Source: Aulosira sp. ZfuVER01 | GTDB taxonomy: Bacteria > Cyanobacteriota > Cyanobacteriia > Cyanobacteriales > Nostocaceae | Length of the DNA: 64,000 bases | Reading direction: 5' to 3' | Assembly: GCA_034530615.2 (NCBI GenBank) | Contig: JAVRCV020000073.1 | Span: 1-64,000 of the forward strand | The notes under the pieces: model-generated | The model's input: the letters and a program-made list of their open reading frames with translations, nothing else | Databases searched by the model: none | Told to the model about the DNA's origin: nothing | Shown here: positions 11,401 to 20,069 of the stretch, piece after piece | Position numbering within the stretch: position 1 is the first letter of the stretch | Layout: each line of letters starts with the position of its first letter | Program-made: the position numbers and the translations under genes

Positions 11401-11787
11401 ATTCCGATCATTATTTTGTCAATAATTGAAAACAAGGAACGGGGCTACCACATTGGCATCGATCGCTATCTCACCAAACCCATCAACACAGAGCAACTCC
11501 GCAACGAAATTGGCTCACTGCTTTCTCAGGTTACTTCCAGCAAAAAGGTATTAGTTGTAGATCAAAATGCATCAACATTAAAAACCATATCTGATGTCCT
11601 GCAAACTCAAGGTTACAACGTCATAGAAGCTTCCGATCCCCAAGAATGCATCAAAAAAGCGCTCTCAGCCAAACCTGACATGATCATCATCGATTCCATC
11701 TTGTCTCAAGAAGCCGACTTGGTGAAAACTCTCAGGTTTGAGAAGGAGTTGGAGAATGTATTTTTCATCATGCTATCCGATCGCTAA
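8443..11787 (+). CDS. Multi-PAS hybrid histidine kinase with one complete and one truncated receiver domain
   Basis: Several PAS/PAC domains (HPDDR...EYR.RGKDG.YR), H-box SHELRTPL, HATPase, receiver LILLDVMMP...KP and a degenerate C-terminal receiver. Start placed at ATG 8443. Confidence 0.92.
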   Translation: MSSQLEEYNRQLLEKCPIGLVLCQLDGALIDINPAYAAILGRTVPETLNFNYTVEPAILEDLKLTGRYGPYEQELIHKDGRLVPVRVSGQIIEKDGEQLIWSSIEDISDIRRAQQERRQSEKILKQSEARYRSLVKTNTQIIWVSTPEGICFELKDWIAYTGQTLAEAENGGWIEAVHPDDRGYTGEAWGIAVANLSMYQIEYRIRGKDGNYRYFWVWGAPVIEEDGSVREWIGTCTDIHDRKLAEAENQWLKERYRTLVAATSQIFWAATPEGLGISKEMLTWIAYTGQTEEEVAGWGWLDPIHPDDRAHSFDAWSTAVANRGIYETEYRLRGKDGNYRHFWVCGAPVLEADGSIREWIGNCTDIHDRKLAEAENQRLLDMLNHSSDAIIVRDMTDKILYWNQGAERLYGWMREEVKEQYVQKFIKKTFPKPKELIVAELLQQGNWEGEVEHLTHDGRQIIVQSRWTLQRDIDSQPSAILEINTDISARKQAEIALRQLNQELEARVAERTAALQNTLAEAQGLNAILDNLADGLLVTDITGQITHFNPAFLAMHGLTATAINGHYRELPISGLANLIEQTQSHPQEVFAAEISLAKERIGQAVATAIFKKGIDTEPSTCFGSALLIRDVTAEKEIDKMKTDFISTVSHELRTPLTSVLGFASIIKEKLETDVFPIFSTEDRKLQKTIKRVGDNLNIIVSEAERLTSLINDVLDIAKMEAGKVEWQMQPLDPSELLDWATTSTWALFETNGLRLISEIEPGIPQIIGDRNRLLQVLINLISNAVKFTKSGSVTCRIQQRNDGVCISVIDTGIGIAPEDQPKVFEKFRQVGDTLTDKPKGTGLGLPICKQIVDHHGGRIWVESEPGKGSTFSFLIPTYTSERKDSTNLNLDALVKQLKEHVITTNTVLEENRKTILVVDDDANIRELLRQQLENEGYNVREAKDGMDAIQQIKTNRPDLILLDVMMPQINGFDVAAVLKNDPHTSDIPIIILSIIENKERGYHIGIDRYLTKPINTEQLRNEIGSLLSQVTSSKKVLVVDQNASTLKTISDVLQTQGYNVIEASDPQECIKKALSAKPDMIIIDSILSQEADLVKTLRFEKELENVFFIMLSDR

Positions 11788-11864
11788 TCTTTTGAGGAAT
11801 GGGAAAGAATTATTATCATTTCTCATCCCCAATCCAAAATCTAAAATCTAAAATCTAAAATTGT

Positions 11865-12242
11865 ATGACTCAGAAAATTTTGATTGTTGACGATGAACCG
11901 AATATCGTGACCTTGATGGAACAAGCTCTAGAAGCATTAGAAGACGAGGGAGTTGAACTCTTAACTGCCAGAAATGGGGAAGAAGCTCTGGAAACCATTA
12001 AAACTGAAAAACCCAACCTGGTTTTTCTCGATGTGATGATGCCGAAAATGAATGGTTTAGAAGTTTGCCATACCGTTAAACATGACCTACAAATGACTGA
12101 GATTTACATTGTGATGTTAACTGCTAAAGGGCAAGAATTTGATAAACAAAAAGGCATTGATGTTGGTGCTGACTTATATCTGACTAAACCATTTCGCCCC
12201 AAGGAAGTACTGGAAAAATCAATGCAAGTATTGGGCTTTTGA
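11865..12242 (+). CDS. Single-domain response regulator (CheY-like)
   Basis: ILIVDDE, VFLDVMMP, LTA, KPF. Confidence 0.95.
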   Translation: MTQKILIVDDEPNIVTLMEQALEALEDEGVELLTARNGEEALETIKTEKPNLVFLDVMMPKMNGLEVCHTVKHDLQMTEIYIVMLTAKGQEFDKQKGIDVGADLYLTKPFRPKEVLEKSMQVLGF

Positions 12243-12380
12243 GGAAAGCCTCATAGAGGCTTAGACAGGAGAGCAGGGTATAAGGATTGGCGCTTTTTTT
12301 CCGAAATCGAAAATATTCAATTTAAAGGTCTATTAGCTCCTTAGGATAGTCCAATACACAAGTCTTTGTACAATTTTAAC

Positions 12381-12396
12381 TGTAGTGTCATGTACA
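12381..12396 (+). promoter_or_regulatory. Candidate NtcA box TGTA-N8-TACA, with a TACAAT -10-like hexamer at 12409-12414
   Basis: TGTAgtgtcatgTACA matches the NtcA consensus; short motif in AT-rich DNA, so a chance match is possible. Confidence 0.4.
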
Positions 12397-12565
12397 AATT
12401 GCCACACATACAATGGATTGACACAAGGTAGTCATGGCTGTGTCATATTCAATTGCTAGCTTAAAAGTCATAACCATCTAGTCTTCCTCATGAATGCTGC
12501 ACCCAATGACAGACAGATATTACGTAATTGCTATACAAAGACAACAAACTAACTATTGTATTGAT

Positions 12566-12667
12566 ATGTCTACTTTTATATTGGCTGCATTTTTGGTTAG
12601 CTTAATAACGGTATCTGGTTGTGCTGCGATCGCCTACCTATTCCCTCACAATAATTCCCAAGACTAA
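12566..12667 (+). CDS. Candidate 33-aa hydrophobic small protein (possible lipoprotein)
   Basis: Hand translation MSTFILAAFLVSLITVSGCAAIAYLFPHNNSQD*; hydrophobic stretch, VSGC lipobox-like motif, HIP1 site read as A-I-A; below the ORF-track length cut-off. Confidence 0.5.
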   Translation: MSTFILAAFLVSLITVSGCAAIAYLFPHNNSQD

Positions 12668-13128
12668 GTTGATGTCATTGCCCACTCATGTGACCCAACT
12701 AGGAAAAATACTTGCTATTAAACGCAAGTATCGTATAAATATTGCAGTAGCCGGACATAGCTAGAATTAAGAGAATATTGAAATATTATTTATCTTTGAA
12801 TAGCTTGTTGTGTGATACAACAGTTTAATTGCAGACTAATACCATTTCTCTAAATCTTGACTACAGATAATTATCCCCCTGCCCCTTGTGGTATATGTGT
12901 AGCAATATTTTGGAGAATTAGTATAAAGTATTGTAGCGTAGGCGATCGCAAATATTTTGGATTATTTTTTTTGCCAATTTTTAAGTGAATATTTTTTAAG
13001 AAAAACTAACTTATTTTATATAAAAATAAATTTCATATAACCTATTGTATAAAAAATGCTCACACCTTAGGATATTGACTGTCTGAGCAATAATTGCCGG
13101 AGACAATATTTGAGATGGAGGCTAAATT

Positions 13129-13509
13129 TTGGAAATACAATGGGGATTTAATTTATTATCTAAACTTATCCAAGTTGAGATTTGGGTGTTTCTTGTATGC
13201 TTAATGTCTTCTATTTTTTTTCTAGTTCTTAAAAAGAAAATAAATCTGAAAAATTTACTGTATGACAAGACAGGTACTCACAAATATAGCCCAGAAAGAT
13301 TACAGCTATTGTTATTTACTTTGATATTTGTTGTTTACTACCTATTTGACGTTAGACATAACTTGAATGTATGTAAAGCATCAAATTTTGATTGTAGTAT
13401 GCCTAGAATCCGAACAGAATTTCTGTTTGCATTAGGAGGAAGTAATTTTGCCTATCTTTGGGGTAAGTTATCTTCAATTCTGAAAGAAAGGAGGTCAGAG
13501 CGTGCTTAA
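13129..13509 (+). CDS. Small multi-pass membrane protein of unknown function
   Basis: GGAGG at 13117-13121 before TTG; about three hydrophobic segments; SPERLQLLLFT...P.I...LFALGGS..AYL.GK. Confidence 0.75.
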   Translation: MEIQWGFNLLSKLIQVEIWVFLVCLMSSIFFLVLKKKINLKNLLYDKTGTHKYSPERLQLLLFTLIFVVYYLFDVRHNLNVCKASNFDCSMPRIRTEFLFALGGSNFAYLWGKLSSILKERRSERA

Positions 13510-13942
13510 CATTAACGATGTTTTTGTCATTCTGGCGCTGGTGGTCGGTTGTGCTATTACTATTTTTGTGGCCGTTTTAGAAATATTCATTCTCATATTT
13601 ATTTGGGAAGGTACTTGGAATTACAAGCCTGGTAAGAGAAGAGGTATTAATCTCGATATGTTGATTAGTGAAAGCACAGGTGATGCAAGTTTGGCACGCT
13701 TTCAACTATTGATATTTACCTTTGTTATTTCAATGAGTTTAGTATTGATCATTACCAGTAGTAAACCACCGTCATTTCCAAACGCTATTCCCGATCAAAT
13801 TTTGGGATTATTAGGTATTAGCAGTACTTCCTATGTACTCGGTAAAGCTCTGCAAACTCAGATGAAACCTACGCCAGCCGAACCGCCACCAACCGAACCA
13901 CCTCCACTCCCCCCAGAACATCCTTCCGATCCTTATTCCTAG
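13502..13942 (+). CDS. Small multi-pass membrane protein, paralogous to the upstream gene, Pro-rich tail
   Basis: AGGAGG Shine-Dalgarno, GTG start overlapping the upstream stop; SLARFQLLIFT...P..IP..ILGLLGIS..SYVLGK. Confidence 0.8.
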   Translation: MLNINDVFVILALVVGCAITIFVAVLEIFILIFIWEGTWNYKPGKRRGINLDMLISESTGDASLARFQLLIFTFVISMSLVLIITSSKPPSFPNAIPDQILGLLGISSTSYVLGKALQTQMKPTPAEPPPTEPPPLPPEHPSDPYS

Positions 13943-13982
13943 TACTTCACTACACTGATTTTGTTTAGTTGCGGATATTTAC

Positions 13983-14012
13983 ATCCCCGACTTCTTCAAA
14001 GAAGTTGGGGAT
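13983..14012. terminator. GC-rich hairpin (probable terminator or dispersed repeat)
   Basis: ATCCCCGACTTCTT-CA-AAGAAGTTGGGGAT inverted repeat 40 nt after the stop codon. Confidence 0.6.
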
Positions 14013-14122
14013 CTCTAACTTCTGATCAATAATGCGATCGCCCTGAAACTAGTTTTGCTAATCTGATAGACTAGCCTAAATTTGTAATATAAAAACTATT
14101 GGCTCAGGGCTGATAAATAACT

Positions 14123-15793
14123 ATGAGTGAAGCCTTATTTTATGTCGAAAATCTGCGGGTTGCTTATCCTCAGCGTAGTGGAGAAGACCTCAACTGGGCA
14201 GTTGATGATGTATCTTTCACACTACAAGCGGGTGAAAGAATGGGCTTGGTAGGAGAGTCAGGTTGTGGAAAATCAACTTTGGGACGTGCTGTGATGCGTT
14301 TGCTACCGCCATCTAGTCGCATTGAGGGGTTAGTGAAATTTCAGGGTAAGAACGTATTCGATTTAACACCTCAAGAAATGCGGAAATTTCGCGGAGAAGC
14401 AGTGGCGCTGATTTTCCAAGATCCGATGACGCGACTAGATCCGTTGATGACCATTGGCAACCATTGTATAGAAACACTGCAAGCACACTCACCAGAATTA
14501 TCAGCAAAACAAGCCAAAGAAAAAGCGATCGCCACTTTAGAAAAGGTAAAAATTCCTGCTAGTCGGTGGAATCAATATCCCCATGAGTTTAGCGGAGGAA
14601 TGCGACAACGGGTAGCGATCGCTTTGGCGTTACTTCTCAACCCAAAATTAATTGTTGCTGATGAACCAACTACTAGCTTAGATGTCACCGTTTCCGCCCA
14701 GATATTGCAGGAATTAACGCGGCTGTGCGGTGAAGAAAATATGGGTTTGCTGTTGATTTCCCACGATTTAGCAATGGTTGCAGAATACTGCGATCGCATT
14801 GGCGTGATGTATAACGGCAAAATGGTAGAAATGGGTTCGACACAATCAGTATTTCGCCAACCCCAACATGAATACACGCGATCGCTTTTACAAGCAGCTT
14901 TGCATATTCAAGCAGTGGATGAGAGTGGGGAATTAATCATTGCTAACGATCAACAAAACAACTTACCCAACCCGAAAGAACATTCGCCAATTTTGCGGAT
15001 TACTGAACTCAAGCAGCATTACACTATAGAACCAAACTTTATTGAAAGAATTTTTAAAAGAGAAAGTCAGACAATTAAAGCTGTAGATGGTATTGACTTA
15101 GAACTTTATCCAGGAGAAATTCTCGGATTAGTCGGAGAATCTGGCTGCGGTAAAAGTACGCTTTCACGGACAATTTTACAACTCATTCATCCAACGGCTG
15201 GTAAAGTCGAGTTTTTGGGACAGGAATTAACTACTTTGTCCCGTCAAGAAATTCGCTCTTCACGGCGACAAATGCAGATGGTGTTTCAAGATCCCCACGC
15301 TTGTCTTAATCCCGCCATGACAGTGGGACAAAGTATAGGCGATCCTTTATTAATCCATCATCTTGCCGATGCTGCTAAAGCCAAAGAAGAGGTATTGTGG
15401 ATGTTGCAAAAAGTCGGTTTAACGCCGCCAGAAGTATACTATCAGCGTTATCCATCTGATTTATCTGGGGGACAACAGCAACGAGTTGCGATCGCCCGTG
15501 CTTTAATTACCCGTCCCAAACTGCTGATTTGCGATGAACCGGTGAGTATGTTAGATGCTAGCGTACAATCGCAAGTGCTGGATTTAATGTTGCAATTAAA
15601 GGAAGAATTTGAGTTAACCTATTTATTTATTACTCATGACCTTTGGTTAGCCAGATTTTTGTGCGATCGCATTGCGGTAATGAATGGCGGTAAAATTGTC
15701 GAACTTGGCCCGACAAAACAAATTTTTGCTAATCCCCAACATCCATATACAAAAACCCTACTAGCTGCTGCGCCTTTACTAGCAAGAGCCTAG
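14123..15793 (+). CDS. Dipeptide/oligopeptide-type ABC transporter ATP-binding protein with two fused ABC domains
   Basis: Two GESGCGKS Walker A motifs, YPHEFSGGMRQR and LSGGQQQR signatures, DEP Walker B, HPYT tail. Confidence 0.95.
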   Translation: MSEALFYVENLRVAYPQRSGEDLNWAVDDVSFTLQAGERMGLVGESGCGKSTLGRAVMRLLPPSSRIEGLVKFQGKNVFDLTPQEMRKFRGEAVALIFQDPMTRLDPLMTIGNHCIETLQAHSPELSAKQAKEKAIATLEKVKIPASRWNQYPHEFSGGMRQRVAIALALLLNPKLIVADEPTTSLDVTVSAQILQELTRLCGEENMGLLLISHDLAMVAEYCDRIGVMYNGKMVEMGSTQSVFRQPQHEYTRSLLQAALHIQAVDESGELIIANDQQNNLPNPKEHSPILRITELKQHYTIEPNFIERIFKRESQTIKAVDGIDLELYPGEILGLVGESGCGKSTLSRTILQLIHPTAGKVEFLGQELTTLSRQEIRSSRRQMQMVFQDPHACLNPAMTVGQSIGDPLLIHHLADAAKAKEEVLWMLQKVGLTPPEVYYQRYPSDLSGGQQQRVAIARALITRPKLLICDEPVSMLDASVQSQVLDLMLQLKEEFELTYLFITHDLWLARFLCDRIAVMNGGKIVELGPTKQIFANPQHPYTKTLLAAAPLLARA

Positions 15794-15812
15794 CCAAACA
15801 ATTTTGGATTTT

Positions 15813-15861
15813 GCGAAAAGTTGCCAGGAGGGTTTCCCTCCGTAGCAAACTTTTCAAGACG
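15813..15861. repeat. Hairpin-forming small dispersed repeat inserted in a GATTTTG STRR tract
   Basis: GAAAAGTTGC..GGAGGG-TTT-CCCTCC..GCAAACTTTTC flanked by GATTTTG units. Confidence 0.6.
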
Positions 15862-15910
15862 GATTTTGGATTGACCCCACAGATAAATCTAGAGGCTTGG
15901 GGAGATTAGT

Positions 15911-17113
15911 TTATACAAATTTTTGATTAAATTCATATATTAAATCTACTCTTCCCTTGCGCAACATAGCTGGATCTAATCTTTCTGTAGTATTACAAGT
16001 CATCAATACAACTAAACGCTGCTTAATTTGCAGACCAGATTCATCAATTATACTTTGGTACAAAGTGCCATCTAACAAACTGAGAATGTGTTCTGTTTTA
16101 TTGTTATATTGCGCTACTTCGTAAGCACGATTTTGGGCTAAGTTATCAGCTTCATTAATAATGATGCAAATTTGTTCTAAATAAGTTGGTGGTACAAAGT
16201 TAGTAATTGCATCATGATCTAAAATAAAAATTACATAACCTAACGGTACTAAAATTTCTTTAGCTACTGCTTGTGTCCATGCTGTTTTACCTGTACCTGG
16301 TTCCCCATGTACAACAACTGCTAACTGATGTTGATTGAGAATTGATTGTTGTACTGTGTCTGTAAAGCTTTGAATATCTGCTGGGAATGTCCGAATGGGA
16401 AATTGGCTGTGAACCTTGCCTACACGACTTTGATAACCACTTAACATTACTGCTAAGTCATAAGTCGCTTTGTTAATTAAGGGTGCCATATTTCTGGACA
16501 TTAAAGTATATTGTCGCCGTCCGCGATCGTAGGGGTCAATTTGCAACCAAATATCGTCTTTAGACCAGTAAGCGTAAACAGTATTAATAACATCTATCCG
16601 TTCCCAATTGACAAACTTCTCGACAGGAAAATAAAAATCTCTTTCTGAATAATATTGAGTAATAATGTCAGGACTTTCTAAGAGTTTCAAAACTCGCAAT
16701 ACAGTAATCTCTTGCAATCGATTCAGCACATAATCAATCGGAATACTATTGCGGCTGACAAATTGCATAATGGGAGTTTCTGTGCTTAAAACTTCTTTGT
16801 AGCGGTTATCTGGTGTCAAGGGTTCTGGGGTGATGAAATTCCAATATTTTTGCAGTTCACCCCGCGTATAATCTGAAGCTACATTTAATAAATTTGCCCA
16901 CCAGCTATAATCTCGTCTACCTAAAGCATCAGCATAATAACTTGCTAGATTAATACTTTTTTGGGTTAACTCCTGGGTGTCATGAAATAGAATTTGCCAG
17001 AAAAATCCCAAATCAAAGTCGCGTTGAAATGGCCGCCAACCACTACTCAGTAAGTTTTGACGGTTGTTATTTGCAGAATTGCCTTCATTACCTCTAAAAT
17101 CATCAAACACCAT
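15911..17113 (-). CDS. AAA+ family ATPase (C-terminal BCS1-like AAA module)
   Basis: Walker A GEPGTGKT, variant Walker B IIINEAD, MTCN...LDPAMLRKGRVD second region of homology. Confidence 0.85.
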   Translation of the reverse strand: MVFDDFRGNEGNSANNNRQNLLSSGWRPFQRDFDLGFFWQILFHDTQELTQKSINLASYYADALGRRDYSWWANLLNVASDYTRGELQKYWNFITPEPLTPDNRYKEVLSTETPIMQFVSRNSIPIDYVLNRLQEITVLRVLKLLESPDIITQYYSERDFYFPVEKFVNWERIDVINTVYAYWSKDDIWLQIDPYDRGRRQYTLMSRNMAPLINKATYDLAVMLSGYQSRVGKVHSQFPIRTFPADIQSFTDTVQQSILNQHQLAVVVHGEPGTGKTAWTQAVAKEILVPLGYVIFILDHDAITNFVPPTYLEQICIIINEADNLAQNRAYEVAQYNNKTEHILSLLDGTLYQSIIDESGLQIKQRLVVLMTCNTTERLDPAMLRKGRVDLIYEFNQKFV

Positions 17114-17160
17114 ATTTTTCTTACTGTAGCGGTAGTTGAGTTATTGATACTGACGTAGGA

Positions 17161-17268
17161 TATAGCAATGAAATTTGATTCAGAGAAATTACTTGCGTAG
17201 GTAGAGAATAGGAAATAAGTCTCTTTGAGTTGTACCTAGCTTCGCAAAAATCAAATAGGAGTTCTATA
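17161..17268. mobile_element. Degenerate MITE of the TATAGCAATCCTATTTGA family
   Basis: Ends TATAGCAATGAAATTTGATT and AATCAAATAGGAGTTCTATA. Confidence 0.5.
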
Positions 17269-18037
17269 TTTTAAAAAGTTTTTTCGCAAAAAATTTAGTT
17301 GTCTGCCATTTGCTAGTATAACTAAGATATTTTTATGTAATCCTTTTATCAACGGTATTGTCGCAGAGTCAGTAGAAGGAAATAAGCTGAATTTACAAGC
17401 TATTCAACCTTTTTCAACTGCATAGTTATTTCGATCTCGTTGGGCTGGACTAAATATATCTACATATAAGTGGTTGCTAGGAATTAATTTAGCAAAAATT
17501 TTATAGAACAGTCTGTGGGGTTAAAGCTTGGGATTCACCTCATCTGATTTAGAGGGAGATGAAGAAAGCTCTAAATTTTATAGCATGGAGATTTTATGTA
17601 GTACATCATATTACAAAAACCTAAAATACGTCAAGTTGTTGTAGGTCGTAGGTAAGACAAATTTCCCTATGCTTTAGCCAGATTTGAAAGCTAACGTATT
17701 TTTATATACATTTAACCTCGTTATGAGTCAAATATAAAAACATTCTGTAATTTTGCCTATAATCAAAGTGGAAGTGATATTAGGTATCAATCTAGATTTT
17801 GAAGCCTTAGCGATCGCTAGATGAGCAAATTTTCAACGGGAAGTAAGCCAAACACTCATCAAGAGTCCTAATTACCGAGTACCGAGTTAAAAGACAACTC
17901 ACAGATGTGCATTTACTAGTGCAAAAATCCTAAGTAATTTTCCTTACTCAGCACTGAGTATAGGAAATGCTTAATAAGTAAGGCTGTTGTTATTTAACCA
18001 AAGACAATGCATCTCATTTGTATCCTCTGGAGAAGAA

Positions 18038-18493
18038 ATGTATTTAAAACATCCATTCACGAGTGATGAACGGAAGCACAACTCTCAACAACCTTTAATT
18101 TTAGCTGTAGAAGATCACGATGATAATTTGGCGTTGATTAGTTATGCTTTAGAGTCATTTGGCTGTGGATTCATTTGTCAAGCAGACAGTATCAATACGG
18201 TAGTAGTGGCAAAAGAGTACCAACCAGATTTGATTATGTTGGATATTTTATTGCCGAGTCTTAGCGGTATTGAGGTGGTGCGTTATTTAAAGCAAGAGCC
18301 ACTCACTTGCAAAATTCCCGTAGTTGCAGTTACAGCTTTAGCGAGCAAAGAGGATAAAGAACGCATTTTGAGGGCTGGGTTTGATGCCTATCTAAGTAAA
18401 CCTTATATGATTGACGAATTAGAAACAATGATTCGCCGTCTACTCTGCGGGAAGCTTGATTGTCAATCAGCTTTTGAGTTATGTAAAGAGTAA
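18038..18493 (+). CDS. Single-domain response regulator (DivK/CheY-like)
   Basis: ILAVEDHDD, IMLDILLP, VTA, SKPY; GGAGA precedes ATG 18038. Confidence 0.9.
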   Translation: MYLKHPFTSDERKHNSQQPLILAVEDHDDNLALISYALESFGCGFICQADSINTVVVAKEYQPDLIMLDILLPSLSGIEVVRYLKQEPLTCKIPVVAVTALASKEDKERILRAGFDAYLSKPYMIDELETMIRRLLCGKLDCQSAFELCKE

Positions 18494-18890
18494 TTCTATC
18501 TTTCAAATATGAAAGGGAAGTTAACAGAAGTTTTTATATTTTGTGGACTGATTTAAAAGCCCAACGCCCCAAAACTTTTGAGAAGTACGTTACCCTACTG
18601 GCTTGGCAAAGCTAAAATAATGCAATAAAAAATGTTCGTAGTTGCGCTTTAGCGCCCTATCAATTAGAAATTTAATGCACAACTTTAGCCTTGTCACAGC
18701 ACTAAGTATGTGTTCAACAATCAATTAGGAATTCTATATACTGATTATCGTTTAGATGCAATACGCAATAGGACACAGTATTATTCCCTATAAATGGTAT
18801 GTATTCTACACAATTGAGAACTGGAATAGAAACAATTTTGATTTGAAGTAGGGCTAATTAATTAGCAATTTATTGTAAATTTTGAATTGC

Positions 18891-20021
18891 TTATGCAGTA
18901 TTCTTTGGTAATCGTACTTTGAATATGCTGCCTTTACCTAGTACAGAAGTTACTTCAATATTTCCACCATGTGCTTCTGCTATTCGGCGCGATAAATGCA
19001 GTCCCAAGCCGCTACCTGAGCGTTTATTTCTACCTTGGCGAAAACGTTCAAAAATGGTTGCTTGATCTTCAGGAGCAATGCCATATCCTGTGTCTTCAAT
19101 TTCAATAATTAGATAACTTTGATTTCCTGGATTAGCTGATTGTTCACAAAAGCGAATTTCTATACCGCCTGTATCTGTAAACTTAATGGCGTTGCCGACT
19201 AAATTGCTCAAAACTCTTCGTAATTCCAAGCTATCACCCATAACTAAACCAGATGTCTCCCCTATGGGTTCTAACTCATGGGTATCTACATTGAGAGTTA
19301 AATTTTTCTCCATAGCTAGAGGAGTGAGTTCGCTGACTACTTCTTGAGCTGTTTCTATCAGATTGCAACTCTCCCAGTTCAAAGTCTTTTTACCCGCCTC
19401 AAAGCGAGAGACTTCTAAGAGGGTATTTACCATTTGCATCAAATTTTGGTTACTGCGAATCATCACGCTAACCGCCTGTTTCATTTCCGGCGAAATTTTA
19501 CAGAAGGTATCTTCCATAAACAAATAGAGCATCCGATCGGCGGCTACTAGGGGAGTTCGCAAATCATGAGTGAGACGAGAAACAAAGTCTTCTCGTTGAC
19601 GTGCCATTTTTCTTTGTTCGTCAAGACTGTGCTTTAAGCGCAATAGCGATCGCACTCTTGCTAGTAGTTCATCAGTATCAAATGGTTTACGGATAAAGTC
19701 GTCAGCCCCAGCGTCTAGTCCTTCAACAACACTAGATTCATGAAAAGCAGTGATCAACAGAATGGGAATATAGCTTTTTTTATCCGGGTTATTACGTATA
19801 CGCCGTGTGACTTCATAACCATCAATTCCTGGCATCATCACATCTAACAAAATTAGATCGGGTGGAGATTGCTCAACTTTTTCCAAAGCTGCTATGCCAT
19901 CGGATACCAAGTCAATCTTATAACCTTCACTTTCTAAAATTGTTTGTACCAAAATAAGATTGTCTACAGTATCATCAACAACAAGAATACGATCAATTTG
20001 AGAATTTTCTACAACAGACAT
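18891..20021 (-). CDS. Hybrid response regulator / histidine kinase (receiver-HisKA-HATPase)
   Basis: ILLDVMMP receiver, THDLRTPL, NAIKFT, DTGYGI, GSGLGL. Confidence 0.95.
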   Translation of the reverse strand: MSVVENSQIDRILVVDDTVDNLILVQTILESEGYKIDLVSDGIAALEKVEQSPPDLILLDVMMPGIDGYEVTRRIRNNPDKKSYIPILLITAFHESSVVEGLDAGADDFIRKPFDTDELLARVRSLLRLKHSLDEQRKMARQREDFVSRLTHDLRTPLVAADRMLYLFMEDTFCKISPEMKQAVSVMIRSNQNLMQMVNTLLEVSRFEAGKKTLNWESCNLIETAQEVVSELTPLAMEKNLTLNVDTHELEPIGETSGLVMGDSLELRRVLSNLVGNAIKFTDTGGIEIRFCEQSANPGNQSYLIIEIEDTGYGIAPEDQATIFERFRQGRNKRSGSGLGLHLSRRIAEAHGGNIEVTSVLGKGSIFKVRLPKNTA

Positions 20022-20069
20022 GATTTATATCAACTTAACTTTTTACAATTAATTTTAATTTTATAATTT

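Noticed and set aside
17601..17614. GTA-N8-TAC possible NtcA site
   Set aside because: No correctly spaced -10 element, and the motif is expected by chance in AT-rich DNA.
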